Shown here: one piece after another, positions 34,780 to 44,978 of the stretch
Position numbering within the stretch: position 1 is the first letter of the stretch
Layout of the letters: each line of letters begins with the position of its first letter
Origin: Candidatus Theseobacter exili
GTDB lineage: Bacteria; Auribacterota; JACPWU01; Theseobacterales; Theseobacteraceae
DNA length: 53,844 nt
Direction of reading: 5' to 3'
Assembly: GCA_030765365.1 (NCBI GenBank)
Contig: JAVCCS010000076.1
Location: 1-53,844 of the forward strand
Notes under the pieces: model-generated
Told to the model about the DNA's origin: nothing
The model's input: only the letters and a program-made list of their open reading frames with translations
The model's database searches: none
Position numbers and translations under genes: made by a program

Positions 34780-37578
34780 TTATTTAGCGTTTGGATCGTT
34801 GGATAATGGTTTACTATAATCAACTTTTCCTCCGAACTTCCCTGGTTTAGGGTTCTTTGTTCCCCACCAGTTATACTCAGCTTTCACCTTTGACTTCCCC
34901 TTATTTACAATGTCATATTTTTCATGACCATATATTGAATTTTTACCAATACTTCCCTTTTCACCGCCGCCAAAATCAACATATCCCCTTTTAACATCAG
35001 GATCAGTTCCAATATATAGACCAGCCCCGCCATTATTGGCTATTACATTATTTTCACCAAAAATCTTCGCTATTGCATTATCTTTGCTATAAACATTAAT
35101 ATCCGCTCCTGACTTTTGGTTATTTGACAAATTACAACCTGTCATATTTATTTTTGTTGTGCCCAAATAGCTTCTTAAGCCAAAACCATGATTATTCTTC
35201 TTTGCCTCAAGCCCTGATATGTTCACTACAGTTTTTTGATTATCAAAACTACCTTCAATGCCCGCACTGTCTTTATTTCTATTCGCGATCGTGTCTTTTA
35301 CATTTATGCTTGCCTTCTTAAATCCATCTACATCGAATCTAGCACCAAAATAACCGTTTTTTGAAATATTACAATTTGAGATATCAGCTTCGAATTTATT
35401 ACCACTTTTGGATCCTGCCACTACCAGAAAACCAACACCTTTATTCTCCGCAAAAGAAGAACTCGATATATTATGCTGAACGTTTTCAAACCCGGATATT
35501 GCAGTAATTAATCCACCCTCATTTTTTTCAAACTTACAATCAGAAATATTTAAAGCATAATTTCCCCCATCCGATGAAGAGGTACTGGACCCTCCTCCCG
35601 GAGTGGTATAGCCCAAAGCGCTTACTCCACTGGCTGGTGCCTCTCTTTCATAACGAGACCGGATAAGCACACCACAATATTCAGTGGGAATACTAGCCTC
35701 AACATCTCCGCCGCCTTCAAATTTTTTCTCATAATTCTTACTAAAAACCGAATTCAGCAAATCAATGGAAGTATCTTTGTAATTAAAAGTACTAATCTGT
35801 ACGCCACTATTATTTTCTGAAATATCACAGTTAGAGATTACCGCTTTAAAAGATTCTCCTGGTTCGCCCATATATGAATCTGACGCGGTAACAAAACCTG
35901 GCCTCCTTATTCTTCCATACATAGCATTAATAACAACACCAGAATCATTACTGTTCTTAATTGTGCACTGATCAATTGTTACATCTAGCTCTTTTAAAGA
36001 ATCAGCAATTATCAAAACCCCAACATCCTCGCCATTAATAACGTTATTTCTTATCACCAAATCACTAACATTATAAGCAACTACCCCATAAGCGCCGAAG
36101 GGTATTTGACTAGCCTCACTTCCCGAAGCGCTCACACTGCCAAAAGGATTCACAACATATTCACCGCCGCCTGGGGGAAAAGTTCCTCTGGGAAGATCAA
36201 CAAATCCAAAAGCCGATGCGCTCTTTAGCTTAAATCCGTAAACCTGCGATTTGTCAGCCATCGTAACAGCAGGCCCACCCTGTCCGTCAATCACCGGACG
36301 TTTGCCGGATTCACAACCGTATATTACCTCGCCGCTGCCCCAGAGTTTTACATTCTTTCTGAGAGTAACGTTTTCCTTGTAGCTTGATTTTGCGTCGGAT
36401 ACATATACGTATTTTTTTCCGAAAGCCTTTTTAACGCCCTTACCTATTGTAGGATATGGATTTTCATATTTACCGTTTGATGTGCCGTTAAAATCCTTAT
36501 CAACAAATGTAATATCATCAAGTAAAACCGCTTTAAGCGACCTTGTTTCAACACTGACTTCATCTTTCAGCTTGCTTGCATCTTCAATATAGTCAGACTC
36601 ATCAAGGATTATATCTATGTCACGAATGACCATTTCAGTCATTCTTTCTTTCATTGTCCTTTTCCGCATAGTAAACCAGTCTTTGGCTCCTTCAAACGGG
36701 TTCTTTCCGCTGAACAGGTTCCCGAAATCAAAAGGAACATTCAGGCGCGCTCCCACATAGTAATCTGTCCCGTGAAGCTCATCATTCTCGTAAATCTCAG
36801 CATCAAATATCAAAGCAGGCATAGCACGAACTTCAAGACGCCCCTTAAATCCTTTGATGTCCTTTCCGTAATCGTTATCGTAATAATAGTATCCTCCAAA
36901 GATACGTGTTTCCATTACATCCTGCAGCACAGGCAATCTGACTCCAATCTCAAAATCCACACCGTCAAGCGCTTTTTCAAATCGGTCATAATGCCGGTTT
37001 GTGATCCTGGTAGTTGCAACCTGTTTACCACTCTGACTTACAGTATTCTCAGTAAAATAAGGGCTGCCCCATGAAGACTCCATTGAAGTTTCAGATTCCT
37101 GCATGTCATATGAATCAATTATTTCTTCATCATCTTGAGGCCAGTAAAAATTAATCCTGGCATCAACCCAGTCAGTTAACATCTCACCGCCAACACCAAC
37201 CTGATTGAAGCGATTCTTGTTAACTGTTTCACGAGTATCAAAAAAAACGTTACCGCCAAAAATAAACTTTTCATCAAACACCAGTGTACGGCCGCCAATA
37301 CCTACATTCTGTTCATTTGCCGGCCCCTCGGAAATAGCCACTCTTGGATCTATAAAGAGAAATGCCGTATCAGATCCAACAACAGGCGCAAGAATATCAA
37401 CATAACCCGTATTGTCATCTGAACTGAATTTGCCCCCAAGTGTTACAGCAGCAGGAGGAAGGGGTGCTTTAACCTGCGGCTGTTCCGGTGTTTGTGCAAA
37501 AGAAGCCTTAACACCTGCAAACATAACCATTAACAATAAAAAAACAATTACGCTTTTACCAAAAAAATTCTTTCTCAT
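34780..37578 (-). CDS. Inverse-autotransporter-type outer membrane protein with parallel beta-helix (PbH1) passenger
   Basis: 932 aa. Signal peptide (..FAGVKASFA/Q). The N-terminal about 300 aa resembles the intimin/invasin beta-domain (NVGIGGRTLVF..FGGNVFFD..RFNQVGVGGE..ARINFYWP..GVDFEIGVRLP..GGYYYYDND). The rest is repetitive NxxIxxN beta-helix turns (ISNCDISENN, ISDCKFEKNEG, ISNCNISKNG) ending in YNWWG. Confidence 0.7.
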   Translation of the reverse strand: MRKNFFGKSVIVFLLLMVMFAGVKASFAQTPEQPQVKAPLPPAAVTLGGKFSSDDNTGYVDILAPVVGSDTAFLFIDPRVAISEGPANEQNVGIGGRTLVFDEKFIFGGNVFFDTRETVNKNRFNQVGVGGEMLTDWVDARINFYWPQDDEEIIDSYDMQESETSMESSWGSPYFTENTVSQSGKQVATTRITNRHYDRFEKALDGVDFEIGVRLPVLQDVMETRIFGGYYYYDNDYGKDIKGFKGRLEVRAMPALIFDAEIYENDELHGTDYYVGARLNVPFDFGNLFSGKNPFEGAKDWFTMRKRTMKERMTEMVIRDIDIILDESDYIEDASKLKDEVSVETRSLKAVLLDDITFVDKDFNGTSNGKYENPYPTIGKGVKKAFGKKYVYVSDAKSSYKENVTLRKNVKLWGSGEVIYGCESGKRPVIDGQGGPAVTMADKSQVYGFKLKSASAFGFVDLPRGTFPPGGGEYVVNPFGSVSASGSEASQIPFGAYGVVAYNVSDLVIRNNVINGEDVGVLIIADSLKELDVTIDQCTIKNSNDSGVVINAMYGRIRRPGFVTASDSYMGEPGESFKAVISNCDISENNSGVQISTFNYKDTSIDLLNSVFSKNYEKKFEGGGDVEASIPTEYCGVLIRSRYEREAPASGVSALGYTTPGGGSSTSSSDGGNYALNISDCKFEKNEGGLITAISGFENVQHNISSSSFAENKGVGFLVVAGSKSGNKFEADISNCNISKNGYFGARFDVDGFKKASINVKDTIANRNKDSAGIEGSFDNQKTVVNISGLEAKKNNHGFGLRSYLGTTKINMTGCNLSNNQKSGADINVYSKDNAIAKIFGENNVIANNGGAGLYIGTDPDVKRGYVDFGGGEKGSIGKNSIYGHEKYDIVNKGKSKVKAEYNWWGTKNPKPGKFGGKVDYSKPLSNDPNAK

Positions 37579-37671
37579 AATCCTCCCCTTTTGAAAAACT
37601 GTTTAAAAAATTCTGTAAAATATATTTATTATCGTTCAATTTAAAATATTTACGACACTTGCTACTGCGTT

Positions 37672-37700
37672 ATTATACCTGCTGTTTTGCCATGAATCAA
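37672..37700 (-). promoter_or_regulatory. Sigma70-like promoter for the adhesin gene
   Basis: On the minus strand, TTGATT (37700-37695) is followed by a 17-nt spacer and TATAAT (37677-37672), about 90 nt upstream of the start codon at 37578. Confidence 0.5.
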
Positions 37701-37707
37701 CTTTTTT

Positions 37708-38178
37708 TTACCGGCTCTCAGTTCGGCGTATCACTGATACCAAAAAACCATATGCTTTCTCATAAATACCGGGGCAGGAGGTTTCCCTGGGACCTGCAAT
37801 ATTCAGGGTTTCAATACAGCATTTCTTCAGCCAATTGAATACATCATCACCTCTGTTTTCGAAGTCATTAATATTTACTACCAGGCAAGGTTTTTTTAGC
37901 CGTTTTGCAACCTTCAATGTAAATGCAGTGCCTCCGGTCAAAGGGTCCGTAGATAAAATGAGAGTACCATCGCTGTCACGGACATTCCATTCGGTACGCT
38001 GTGAATACCTCTTTTGAGGTGTTTCTTTTAGAATATAACACTCAGGCAATATGCCGTCCTCAGCTATTCTTCCATTAGGGCACCAGCCTCCTGTCCTAAC
38101 ACCTGCTGTCAATGCAACATCAAGTGCTGCACGATCAACACCTGTTTGCCCGCCGGATATGATTTTTTGAAATTCCAC
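37708..38178 (-). CDS. cpYpsA-type SLOG-fold protein ('putative molybdenum carrier' family)
   Basis: 156 aa. ISGGQTGVDRAALDVAL..G...GGWCPNGRIAEDG...RTEWNVRDSDGTLI..GGT matches the circularly permuted YpsA family pattern. Confidence 0.75.
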   Translation of the reverse strand: MEFQKIISGGQTGVDRAALDVALTAGVRTGGWCPNGRIAEDGILPECYILKETPQKRYSQRTEWNVRDSDGTLILSTDPLTGGTAFTLKVAKRLKKPCLVVNINDFENRGDDVFNWLKKCCIETLNIAGPRETSCPGIYEKAYGFLVSVIRRTESR

Positions 38179-38313
38179 GATTCCGCAACCATTTTTCTGT
38201 TCACTGGTAAAAAAACTTAAACTTGCAGTAAAAATAAGTTATATTAATTACTAATACTGTAGCACTCATATAATAATCGTAAATGATAATATCTTCAAAG
38301 GAAGGTAATGCTA

Positions 38314-40737
38314 ATGAAAACGGCATATCTATTAACTACTCTTTTTGTATCACTAATAATTACCTGCCCCATATTGGCAGAGACTGTTGACAAAGGATCG
38401 GGAGAAAGCAAAAACAAAGCAACTATTGCTATTGTTCAGGATGGACAATCACAACTTCTCAATGAGCAGAAAGCCAAAATCAAAAAGGAACTTAATGTTT
38501 TAGTTGACGATGATTTTGTCGTGATTTTTAAAGATATTCCTGACTTTAACGCCAACTGGAAATTAAACGAAATGGACAAGGTTCTGAATAATGCACTTAA
38601 CGATCCAGAAGTTGATTACATCATAACAATAGGTCCCCTGGTTACACATGCCGCTATTCATTATAAAGGAAAGTTGTCTAAACCTGTTATCGGCGGCGGC
38701 CTTTATGAAGATGTAGACGCGCTTGGCTTGCTTTACGATGATAAAGGACGCTCGTTGGTGCCAAACTTTACTTTCGTTGTTGTTCCCTTCCAGTTGACAA
38801 ATGACTTAAAAGTATTTAAATCATTAATACCTTTCAAAAAAGTCCATATTCTCGTTGATTCAGCATTTATTGAAGGTACTCCTGACACCGAAATGAATGA
38901 AGCTACAACCAGTATTGAAAAAAAATCCGGGGTCGAATTAGTTCTGGTACCAATGGATACAAAAGCCGATGATATCCTCGCACAACTGGATGATAAAATT
39001 GAAGCTGTTTATATCACTCCGCCTTTACGTATGAATACATCGGAATTCCAGAAACTTATAGCCGGAATCAATGTCAAAAAAATCCCGTCTTTTTCAATGA
39101 TGGGTATTGTAGATGTTGAAAAAGGTGTACTGGCCGGTCAGGCACCTATATTGGATAAGCGTCATGCCAGAAGGTCAGCGCTGAATATCCAGCAAATTTT
39201 GATGGGAACATCACCTAACGAACTTTCTGTTTTTATGCCAATCGATGAAAAGCTGACAATCAACGGGAAAACTGCTCACAAAATTGGTTTCAATCCTAAT
39301 TTTCAAACACTATTAAATGCTAATGTGCTTTATTGGGAAGATTTGCAATCGGGCAAGCTGCTAACAATGGAAAAATCAATACAAATTGCGTTAAAAAACA
39401 ATATAAACCTTGCAATAAAAAAATCTGCCCAGGAAAGTGCCCGACAGGACAAAAACATAGCTCTGAGCAGTATGTTTCCTCAATTAGATGGAAATACCAG
39501 GTATTACCAGGTTGATAAAGACAGGGCAGAAACATCCATGGGATTACAGCCTGAAAACCGGACTTCGGCAAGAATTTCAGTCAGCCAGATGGTTTTCAGC
39601 GATTCAATAATCAGTAATTTCCGCGCAACAGGTCAAACTTACCTTTCAAGTAAACTAGAAACAGAAACGCAGCGTCTGGATATTATTGAATCTGCCGCAA
39701 AATATTTCCTTTCATATTTGTCGTCTGAAGCTCTTCTAAAGATAGAAACCGACAACTTGAAACTTACTCAAAAGAATCTTGATCTAGCCAGACTACGAAA
39801 AAAAGTTGGAACTTCTGGACCAGAAGAGGTTTACAGGTGGGAAGCAGAAGAAGCCCAGCAAAAAAGCTCAGTTATTAATGCAGAGAAAAATGTTCAGCAA
39901 ACCAGAATAGCATTAAATCAGGTTCTTGGTATTGATCAAAACACTAAATGGACTCCTCAAAATATAATACTGGGTGAGAGAGAATACTATTTTCTGGATG
40001 ATCGTCTTAAAAATCTTGTCTACAACCAGGAACAATTGATTAACTTTGAAAATTTTTTAGTGAGTGCAGCTCTTGAAAATTCTCCTGAGATTCAGACTAT
40101 GAACCATGCAATAAAGGCACAGAAAGTACTGCTGGGTTTATCAAAACGCAGATTCATATTGCCGGACGTTTATGCCGGTTTCTCCTATGACCGAGAACTA
40201 AGTGAAAAGGTAATTGGGCCAACTCTTTCCGACCCGATATTTTCTACAGAGGAACCAGACCGCAACGAATGGATGGCTACACTATCAGCATCTCTCCCTC
40301 TTTTTGAAGGGGGCGGCCGTTTTTTTAAAGTTGCAAAAAACAAAGCTGATCTTGAAAAAACCATTGAAAAGAAAACTCAAGTTTCACAGCTTGTCGAGCA
40401 AAGAACACGCACGGCCGTTCTTTCAATAGGAAGTTCGTGGCCAAACATTCAGTTAAGCAGACAAGCCGCAGAAAGCGCCCATAAAAACCTGGATATTGTC
40501 CAGGACAAATATGCTCAGGGCACTGTCTCTATCCTGGATCTTCTGGATGCACAAAATCAATCTTTCAGCCAGGATCAGGCTGCTACAATTGCTGTATACA
40601 CATACATGGAAGATATCGTTGAACTTCAAAGATCTGCCTCCTGGTTTGAAATAGATAAAAATCCCGAAGAAAAAGAAATATTCTTAACTAATCTTGAGGC
40701 ATACTTTAATCAGCATACTGCCAAAAAGGGAGAATAA
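38314..40737 (+). CDS. TolC-family outer membrane factor with about 345-aa N-terminal periplasmic-binding-protein-like extension
   Basis: The C-terminal about 460 aa has the OEP double-repeat character (LTMEKSIQIALKNNINL.., LDLARLRKKVG, YAQGTVSILDLLDAQ). The N-terminal part after the signal peptide (ATIAIVQDG...VDYIITIGPL...KPVIGGG) resembles ABC_sub_bind-type domains; this is tentative. ATG 38314 is preferred because of the GGAAGG spacing. Confidence 0.75.
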   Translation: MKTAYLLTTLFVSLIITCPILAETVDKGSGESKNKATIAIVQDGQSQLLNEQKAKIKKELNVLVDDDFVVIFKDIPDFNANWKLNEMDKVLNNALNDPEVDYIITIGPLVTHAAIHYKGKLSKPVIGGGLYEDVDALGLLYDDKGRSLVPNFTFVVVPFQLTNDLKVFKSLIPFKKVHILVDSAFIEGTPDTEMNEATTSIEKKSGVELVLVPMDTKADDILAQLDDKIEAVYITPPLRMNTSEFQKLIAGINVKKIPSFSMMGIVDVEKGVLAGQAPILDKRHARRSALNIQQILMGTSPNELSVFMPIDEKLTINGKTAHKIGFNPNFQTLLNANVLYWEDLQSGKLLTMEKSIQIALKNNINLAIKKSAQESARQDKNIALSSMFPQLDGNTRYYQVDKDRAETSMGLQPENRTSARISVSQMVFSDSIISNFRATGQTYLSSKLETETQRLDIIESAAKYFLSYLSSEALLKIETDNLKLTQKNLDLARLRKKVGTSGPEEVYRWEAEEAQQKSSVINAEKNVQQTRIALNQVLGIDQNTKWTPQNIILGEREYYFLDDRLKNLVYNQEQLINFENFLVSAALENSPEIQTMNHAIKAQKVLLGLSKRRFILPDVYAGFSYDRELSEKVIGPTLSDPIFSTEEPDRNEWMATLSASLPLFEGGGRFFKVAKNKADLEKTIEKKTQVSQLVEQRTRTAVLSIGSSWPNIQLSRQAAESAHKNLDIVQDKYAQGTVSILDLLDAQNQSFSQDQAATIAVYTYMEDIVELQRSASWFEIDKNPEEKEIFLTNLEAYFNQHTAKKGE

Positions 40738-40738
40738 A

Positions 40739-41845
40739 ATGAGATTTCTGAAAAAAGTTTATTGCATCGGAATCAGTGTTTCCGTAGCTTTATGTCTGGT
40801 TTCCTGTTCCCGCAATGAAACACCTGAACAGAAAGTGATCAGGCCTGTTGTAACTATCCAGCTTCAAGAACCCACGTCCGGTCGAAAAATATCTTTCTCT
40901 GGTACAGCAAAAGCCGCGCTTGAGACAGTACTAAGTTTCAGGGTATCCGGTGAAATACGTGAATTACCGGCAAAACCCGGGAATAAGGTTCAAAAGGGTG
41001 ATGTGATTGCAAAACTTGATACCACAGATTATGAACTCCAGGCAAATCAGTCTAAAGCTCAGTTAAATCAAACAGAAGCTCAATTCAAGCAGGCAAAAGC
41101 TGAATACGAGCGTTCCAGATCTCTTTATGAAGCCGGAAATCTCAGCAAAAGCGATCTGGATGGAGCACAAGCATCTTTTGAATCAGCTAAAGCCCAAAAA
41201 GACGCCAACCAAAAGAGCCTTATGCTTTCCAGGCAGCAACTCAAATATTGCACTCTTAAAGCACCTGTTGACGGATACATTTCATCTGTCCCGGTAGAAG
41301 TTTATACAACTATTCAGGCTGGACAAACTATTGCAACAGTTGATTCGGGAAAAGAAATGAAAATAAAAACAGGTATACCGGAAGCAATCATAGGTCAAAT
41401 CACTAAAGGAAAGCCGGCTGTAGTAAGTTTTGAATCTGTTCCAGGAACATTTTTTGATGCAACCATATGTGAAGTCGGCATTACTTCTTCAGAAAGCGGA
41501 ACATATTCTGTCGAACTGCTTTTAAAAAAAATGGACAATCGCATCAAATCAGGCATGGTCGGTGAAGCTACATTTTTACTTGAAAGATCACAAATAAATT
41601 GCTTCGTAGTTCCGGCCGTAGCTATAGCTTCTGAAGCAAACGGAACAAGATTCGTATGGATATATCAACCGTCCAGCTCCACTGTTAAGAAACGCACAGT
41701 TGAAGTTGGTAGCCTTACAACAAAAGGCCTTGAGGTTATTAAGGGTATTTCTCCTGGAGATATCATTGTAATCAGGGGTGTCCACCGCCTGAACGAAAGT
41801 CAAAAAGTAAGACTCCAGGAAACCGGAAAAGGGGCAGCATCATGA
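40739..41845 (+). CDS. RND efflux periplasmic adaptor (MFP/HlyD family), lipoprotein
   Basis: Lipobox LVSC, coiled-coil hairpin (QANQSKAQLNQTEAQFKQAKAEYERS...), and barrel domains (APVDGYIS). Start moved to ATG 40739, directly after the tolC-like stop. Confidence 0.88.
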   Translation: MRFLKKVYCIGISVSVALCLVSCSRNETPEQKVIRPVVTIQLQEPTSGRKISFSGTAKAALETVLSFRVSGEIRELPAKPGNKVQKGDVIAKLDTTDYELQANQSKAQLNQTEAQFKQAKAEYERSRSLYEAGNLSKSDLDGAQASFESAKAQKDANQKSLMLSRQQLKYCTLKAPVDGYISSVPVEVYTTIQAGQTIATVDSGKEMKIKTGIPEAIIGQITKGKPAVVSFESVPGTFFDATICEVGITSSESGTYSVELLLKKMDNRIKSGMVGEATFLLERSQINCFVVPAVAIASEANGTRFVWIYQPSSSTVKKRTVEVGSLTTKGLEVIKGISPGDIIVIRGVHRLNESQKVRLQETGKGAAS

Positions 41846-44800
41846 ATCCCGGACTCTGGTGTATAAAAAACAACAGGACAACTGCTGTTTTGCTTCTACT
41901 TCTGGTTCTGTCCGGAATATTCACATTTAAAAATATTTCAAGGCTTGAAGACCCAGAATTTACTATCAGATGTGCTACAGTCATAACCTCATTCCCAGGA
42001 GCATCACCTCAACGTGTAGAAGAGCTGATAACAGATAAAATTGAAAAAAAACTGAGGGAAATGCCTGAAGTCGAAGACGTTCTGTCCCAATCAATGACAG
42101 GACTTTCAATTATTTTTGTTCAGGTTGCAGAAAAATACAAGAATATGGCTCCAATTTGGAATGATCTGCGAAATAAAGTTGATGACATAAAATCCGGATT
42201 ACCCGAAGGATCCTATCCCCCTGCCATAAATGAATCATTTGGAGATGTTTTCGGAATAGTTATATCAATAACCGGTGACGGATACACATATCGGGAAATG
42301 AAAGATGTAGCAGAAGACGTACGGGATAAATTTCTAAAGATTGACAGTGTTGCCAAAGTTGACTTTTACGGAACTCAGAAAGAACAGATCTTCGTTGATT
42401 TTTCAACAGCAAAACTCGCTGAATACGGGATCAGCCCATATCAGCTTTCACAAATGCTGCAAGCTCAAAACACTATCCAGTCCGGCGGAGAAGCCCTTCT
42501 TCAACCTGAACGAATAGTAATAGAAGCCACAGGCGAATTTAAATCCATTGATGAACTGAAAAGAGCTACTATCAGGATCCCGGGACAGTCAGGATTGCTT
42601 TATCTGGAAGACATTGCCACAGTCAAACGAAGTTTTGTTGACCCACCCACAACCATGACCCGATTTAATGGAAAACCCTCTATTACAATGGCAATAAGCA
42701 TGGCCAGTGGCGGGAATATAGTCAAACTGGGCAAACTTATTACAGATGAAATGGAAAAGATCGAGTCCGGACTTCCAGTTGGACTGGATTTCAACATGCT
42801 GGTATATCAACCCAAATACGTAGATAAATCCATAAATGAATTCATGGTAAATCTACTTGAAGCCTTTGCTCTGGTTATAATCGTTATGCTTCTTTTTGCA
42901 GGATTGAGAACAGGACTCATAACAGGTTTGCTTGTACCAATGGCTATGCTGATGTGCATAATTCTTATGCCTCTTTTCGGTGTTGTTCTTCAAAGGGTTT
43001 CCATCGCGTCACTTATCATTGCACTTGGAATGCTTGTTGATAACGGTGTTGTTGTAAGTGAAAGCATACTGGTACGTCTGGCTGAAGGAGAAGAGCGCCT
43101 GAAAGCCGTGGGAGACACTGTAAAAGAGCTTTGGCTTCCGTTATTAATAGCTTCACTAACAACGATTTGCGCATTTTTACCAATTGCCACCGCAAAATCA
43201 GCTATAGGCGAATACTGTATTTCGCTATTTATTGTTATATCGCTGACCCTTTTAAGCTCATGGGTTTTGTCCATTACAATGATGCCTCTTTTATGCTATT
43301 ACTTTTTAAAACCCCGAAGAATGGCCCAAAATTTCAAGGGCAGGTTTTATCGTTTTTACAGATCTTTCCTTATTTTTAATCTCAAACGAAGATCGATGTT
43401 TATTATCGCGGTTGTTGCTCTACTTCTATTATCACTCTGGGGATTTAGATTTATTCCAAATATCTTCTTCCCGCCCAACTCTAGAGATATGTTTATGGTA
43501 GATTTCTGGCAGCCATACAGTACTGACATACGTATAACACAACAAAGAGCCAAAAAACTTGAATCCTTTTTAATGAACCAAAAAGAAGTTGTTTCTGTAG
43601 GAACATTTACCGGATCAGGCGGACCTAGATGGTATCTGGGTCTTAATCCTGAACAGGACAATTCGAATTATGCATTTTTATTAATAAATACAAAAAACAA
43701 TTCAGCAGTGCCTGGCCTAATGCGGAAAACACGTACATTTCTAAGCAAAATTTTTCCTGACTGCCAGTATACGATTAAGGAACTTGAGAGCGGAACGCCT
43801 GTAGGTGCTCCGATTCAAATAAGGCTCTCGGGAAAAGATATTTCAACAATATATGAGCTTCGGAACAAAATATTTAACGCAATATCCGTTATCCCTGGAA
43901 TAAGTAATGTCAGGGATGATTGGGGAGAATGGACAAAAAAAATCGTTGTCAATGTAAATCAGGATCAGGCAAAACGTGCAGGAATAACCAGTCAGGACAT
44001 AGCTCTTTCGCTTCAAACCCAGATGACAGGTCTTAATGCGACAGAATTCAGGGAAGGGAAGGAAGCTATTCCCATAATAATTCGTTCCGGAGAAGCATAC
44101 AGGCAGGATCTTGGAAAACTTGGCAGCATGAACGTCTATTCATATTCCAACGGAGCGAATGTTCCTTTGCTGCATGTAGCAAAAGAAAATTTAACGTGGC
44201 AACCGAGTAATATCTTGCGAAGAAACCAAACAAGAACAATGGTTATAAAAACAAACATTATAGGCAGAACTGCCAGTGAAGTCTTGAATGAAGTTATCCC
44301 AAAAGTCAATGCATTAAAAGCTTCTCAAGACTGGATTGCCGGTTATGAAATTGAATACGGCGGTGAATTCGAAGAATCAGCTAAAGCACAAAAATCTATC
44401 ATTGACGGTTTGCCTCTGGCGCTTGGACTTATAATTATCCTTCTCATTTCCCAGTTCAATTCAATACGGCGGTCTATTATTATTGCTCTTACTATCCCTG
44501 GAATGATAATCGGTATAACACCTGGTCTTCTTATAACTAACGCCCCTTTTGGCTTTATGGCAATGCTTGGCATGATCAGCCTTATGGGCATAATAGTTAA
44601 TAATGCTATTATGATGATTGACCGTATAGAAATAGAAAGAGGACTTGGTCAAAGGATAGAAGATTCAATTATAATTGCAGCTCAGCACAGGTTCAGACCT
44701 ATCTTAATGACTACAATAACTACTATTCTTGGCCTGATACCGCTTTCTTTACAGGGAGGGGAAATGTGGCGTCCAATGGCAAACGTAATAATCTTTGGGC

Positions 44801-44922
44801 TGGCATTTTCAACAATTTTAACTCTGGTTTTATGTCCTGTACTATACTCTTTATTCTTCGGATCAAATTTCAAAGAGTACAAATGGACACCGAAAATTTT
44901 GGTTAAAGATAAAAAAGCATAG
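41842..44922 (+). CDS. RND-family efflux permease (AcrB/HAE1-like)
   Basis: 1026 aa, 12-TM two-lobe organisation, GMLVDNGVVVSE and GIIVNNAIMMID motifs. 4-nt overlap with the MFP gene. Confidence 0.92.
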   Translation: MNPGLWCIKNNRTTAVLLLLLVLSGIFTFKNISRLEDPEFTIRCATVITSFPGASPQRVEELITDKIEKKLREMPEVEDVLSQSMTGLSIIFVQVAEKYKNMAPIWNDLRNKVDDIKSGLPEGSYPPAINESFGDVFGIVISITGDGYTYREMKDVAEDVRDKFLKIDSVAKVDFYGTQKEQIFVDFSTAKLAEYGISPYQLSQMLQAQNTIQSGGEALLQPERIVIEATGEFKSIDELKRATIRIPGQSGLLYLEDIATVKRSFVDPPTTMTRFNGKPSITMAISMASGGNIVKLGKLITDEMEKIESGLPVGLDFNMLVYQPKYVDKSINEFMVNLLEAFALVIIVMLLFAGLRTGLITGLLVPMAMLMCIILMPLFGVVLQRVSIASLIIALGMLVDNGVVVSESILVRLAEGEERLKAVGDTVKELWLPLLIASLTTICAFLPIATAKSAIGEYCISLFIVISLTLLSSWVLSITMMPLLCYYFLKPRRMAQNFKGRFYRFYRSFLIFNLKRRSMFIIAVVALLLLSLWGFRFIPNIFFPPNSRDMFMVDFWQPYSTDIRITQQRAKKLESFLMNQKEVVSVGTFTGSGGPRWYLGLNPEQDNSNYAFLLINTKNNSAVPGLMRKTRTFLSKIFPDCQYTIKELESGTPVGAPIQIRLSGKDISTIYELRNKIFNAISVIPGISNVRDDWGEWTKKIVVNVNQDQAKRAGITSQDIALSLQTQMTGLNATEFREGKEAIPIIIRSGEAYRQDLGKLGSMNVYSYSNGANVPLLHVAKENLTWQPSNILRRNQTRTMVIKTNIIGRTASEVLNEVIPKVNALKASQDWIAGYEIEYGGEFEESAKAQKSIIDGLPLALGLIIILLISQFNSIRRSIIIALTIPGMIIGITPGLLITNAPFGFMAMLGMISLMGIIVNNAIMMIDRIEIERGLGQRIEDSIIIAAQHRFRPILMTTITTILGLIPLSLQGGEMWRPMANVIIFGLAFSTILTLVLCPVLYSLFFGSNFKEYKWTPKILVKDKKA

Positions 44923-44978
44923 ACTAAATAGCGCTTTTATTAACTACCATTCAGCTAAACAAAGATACTGAGTTTACA

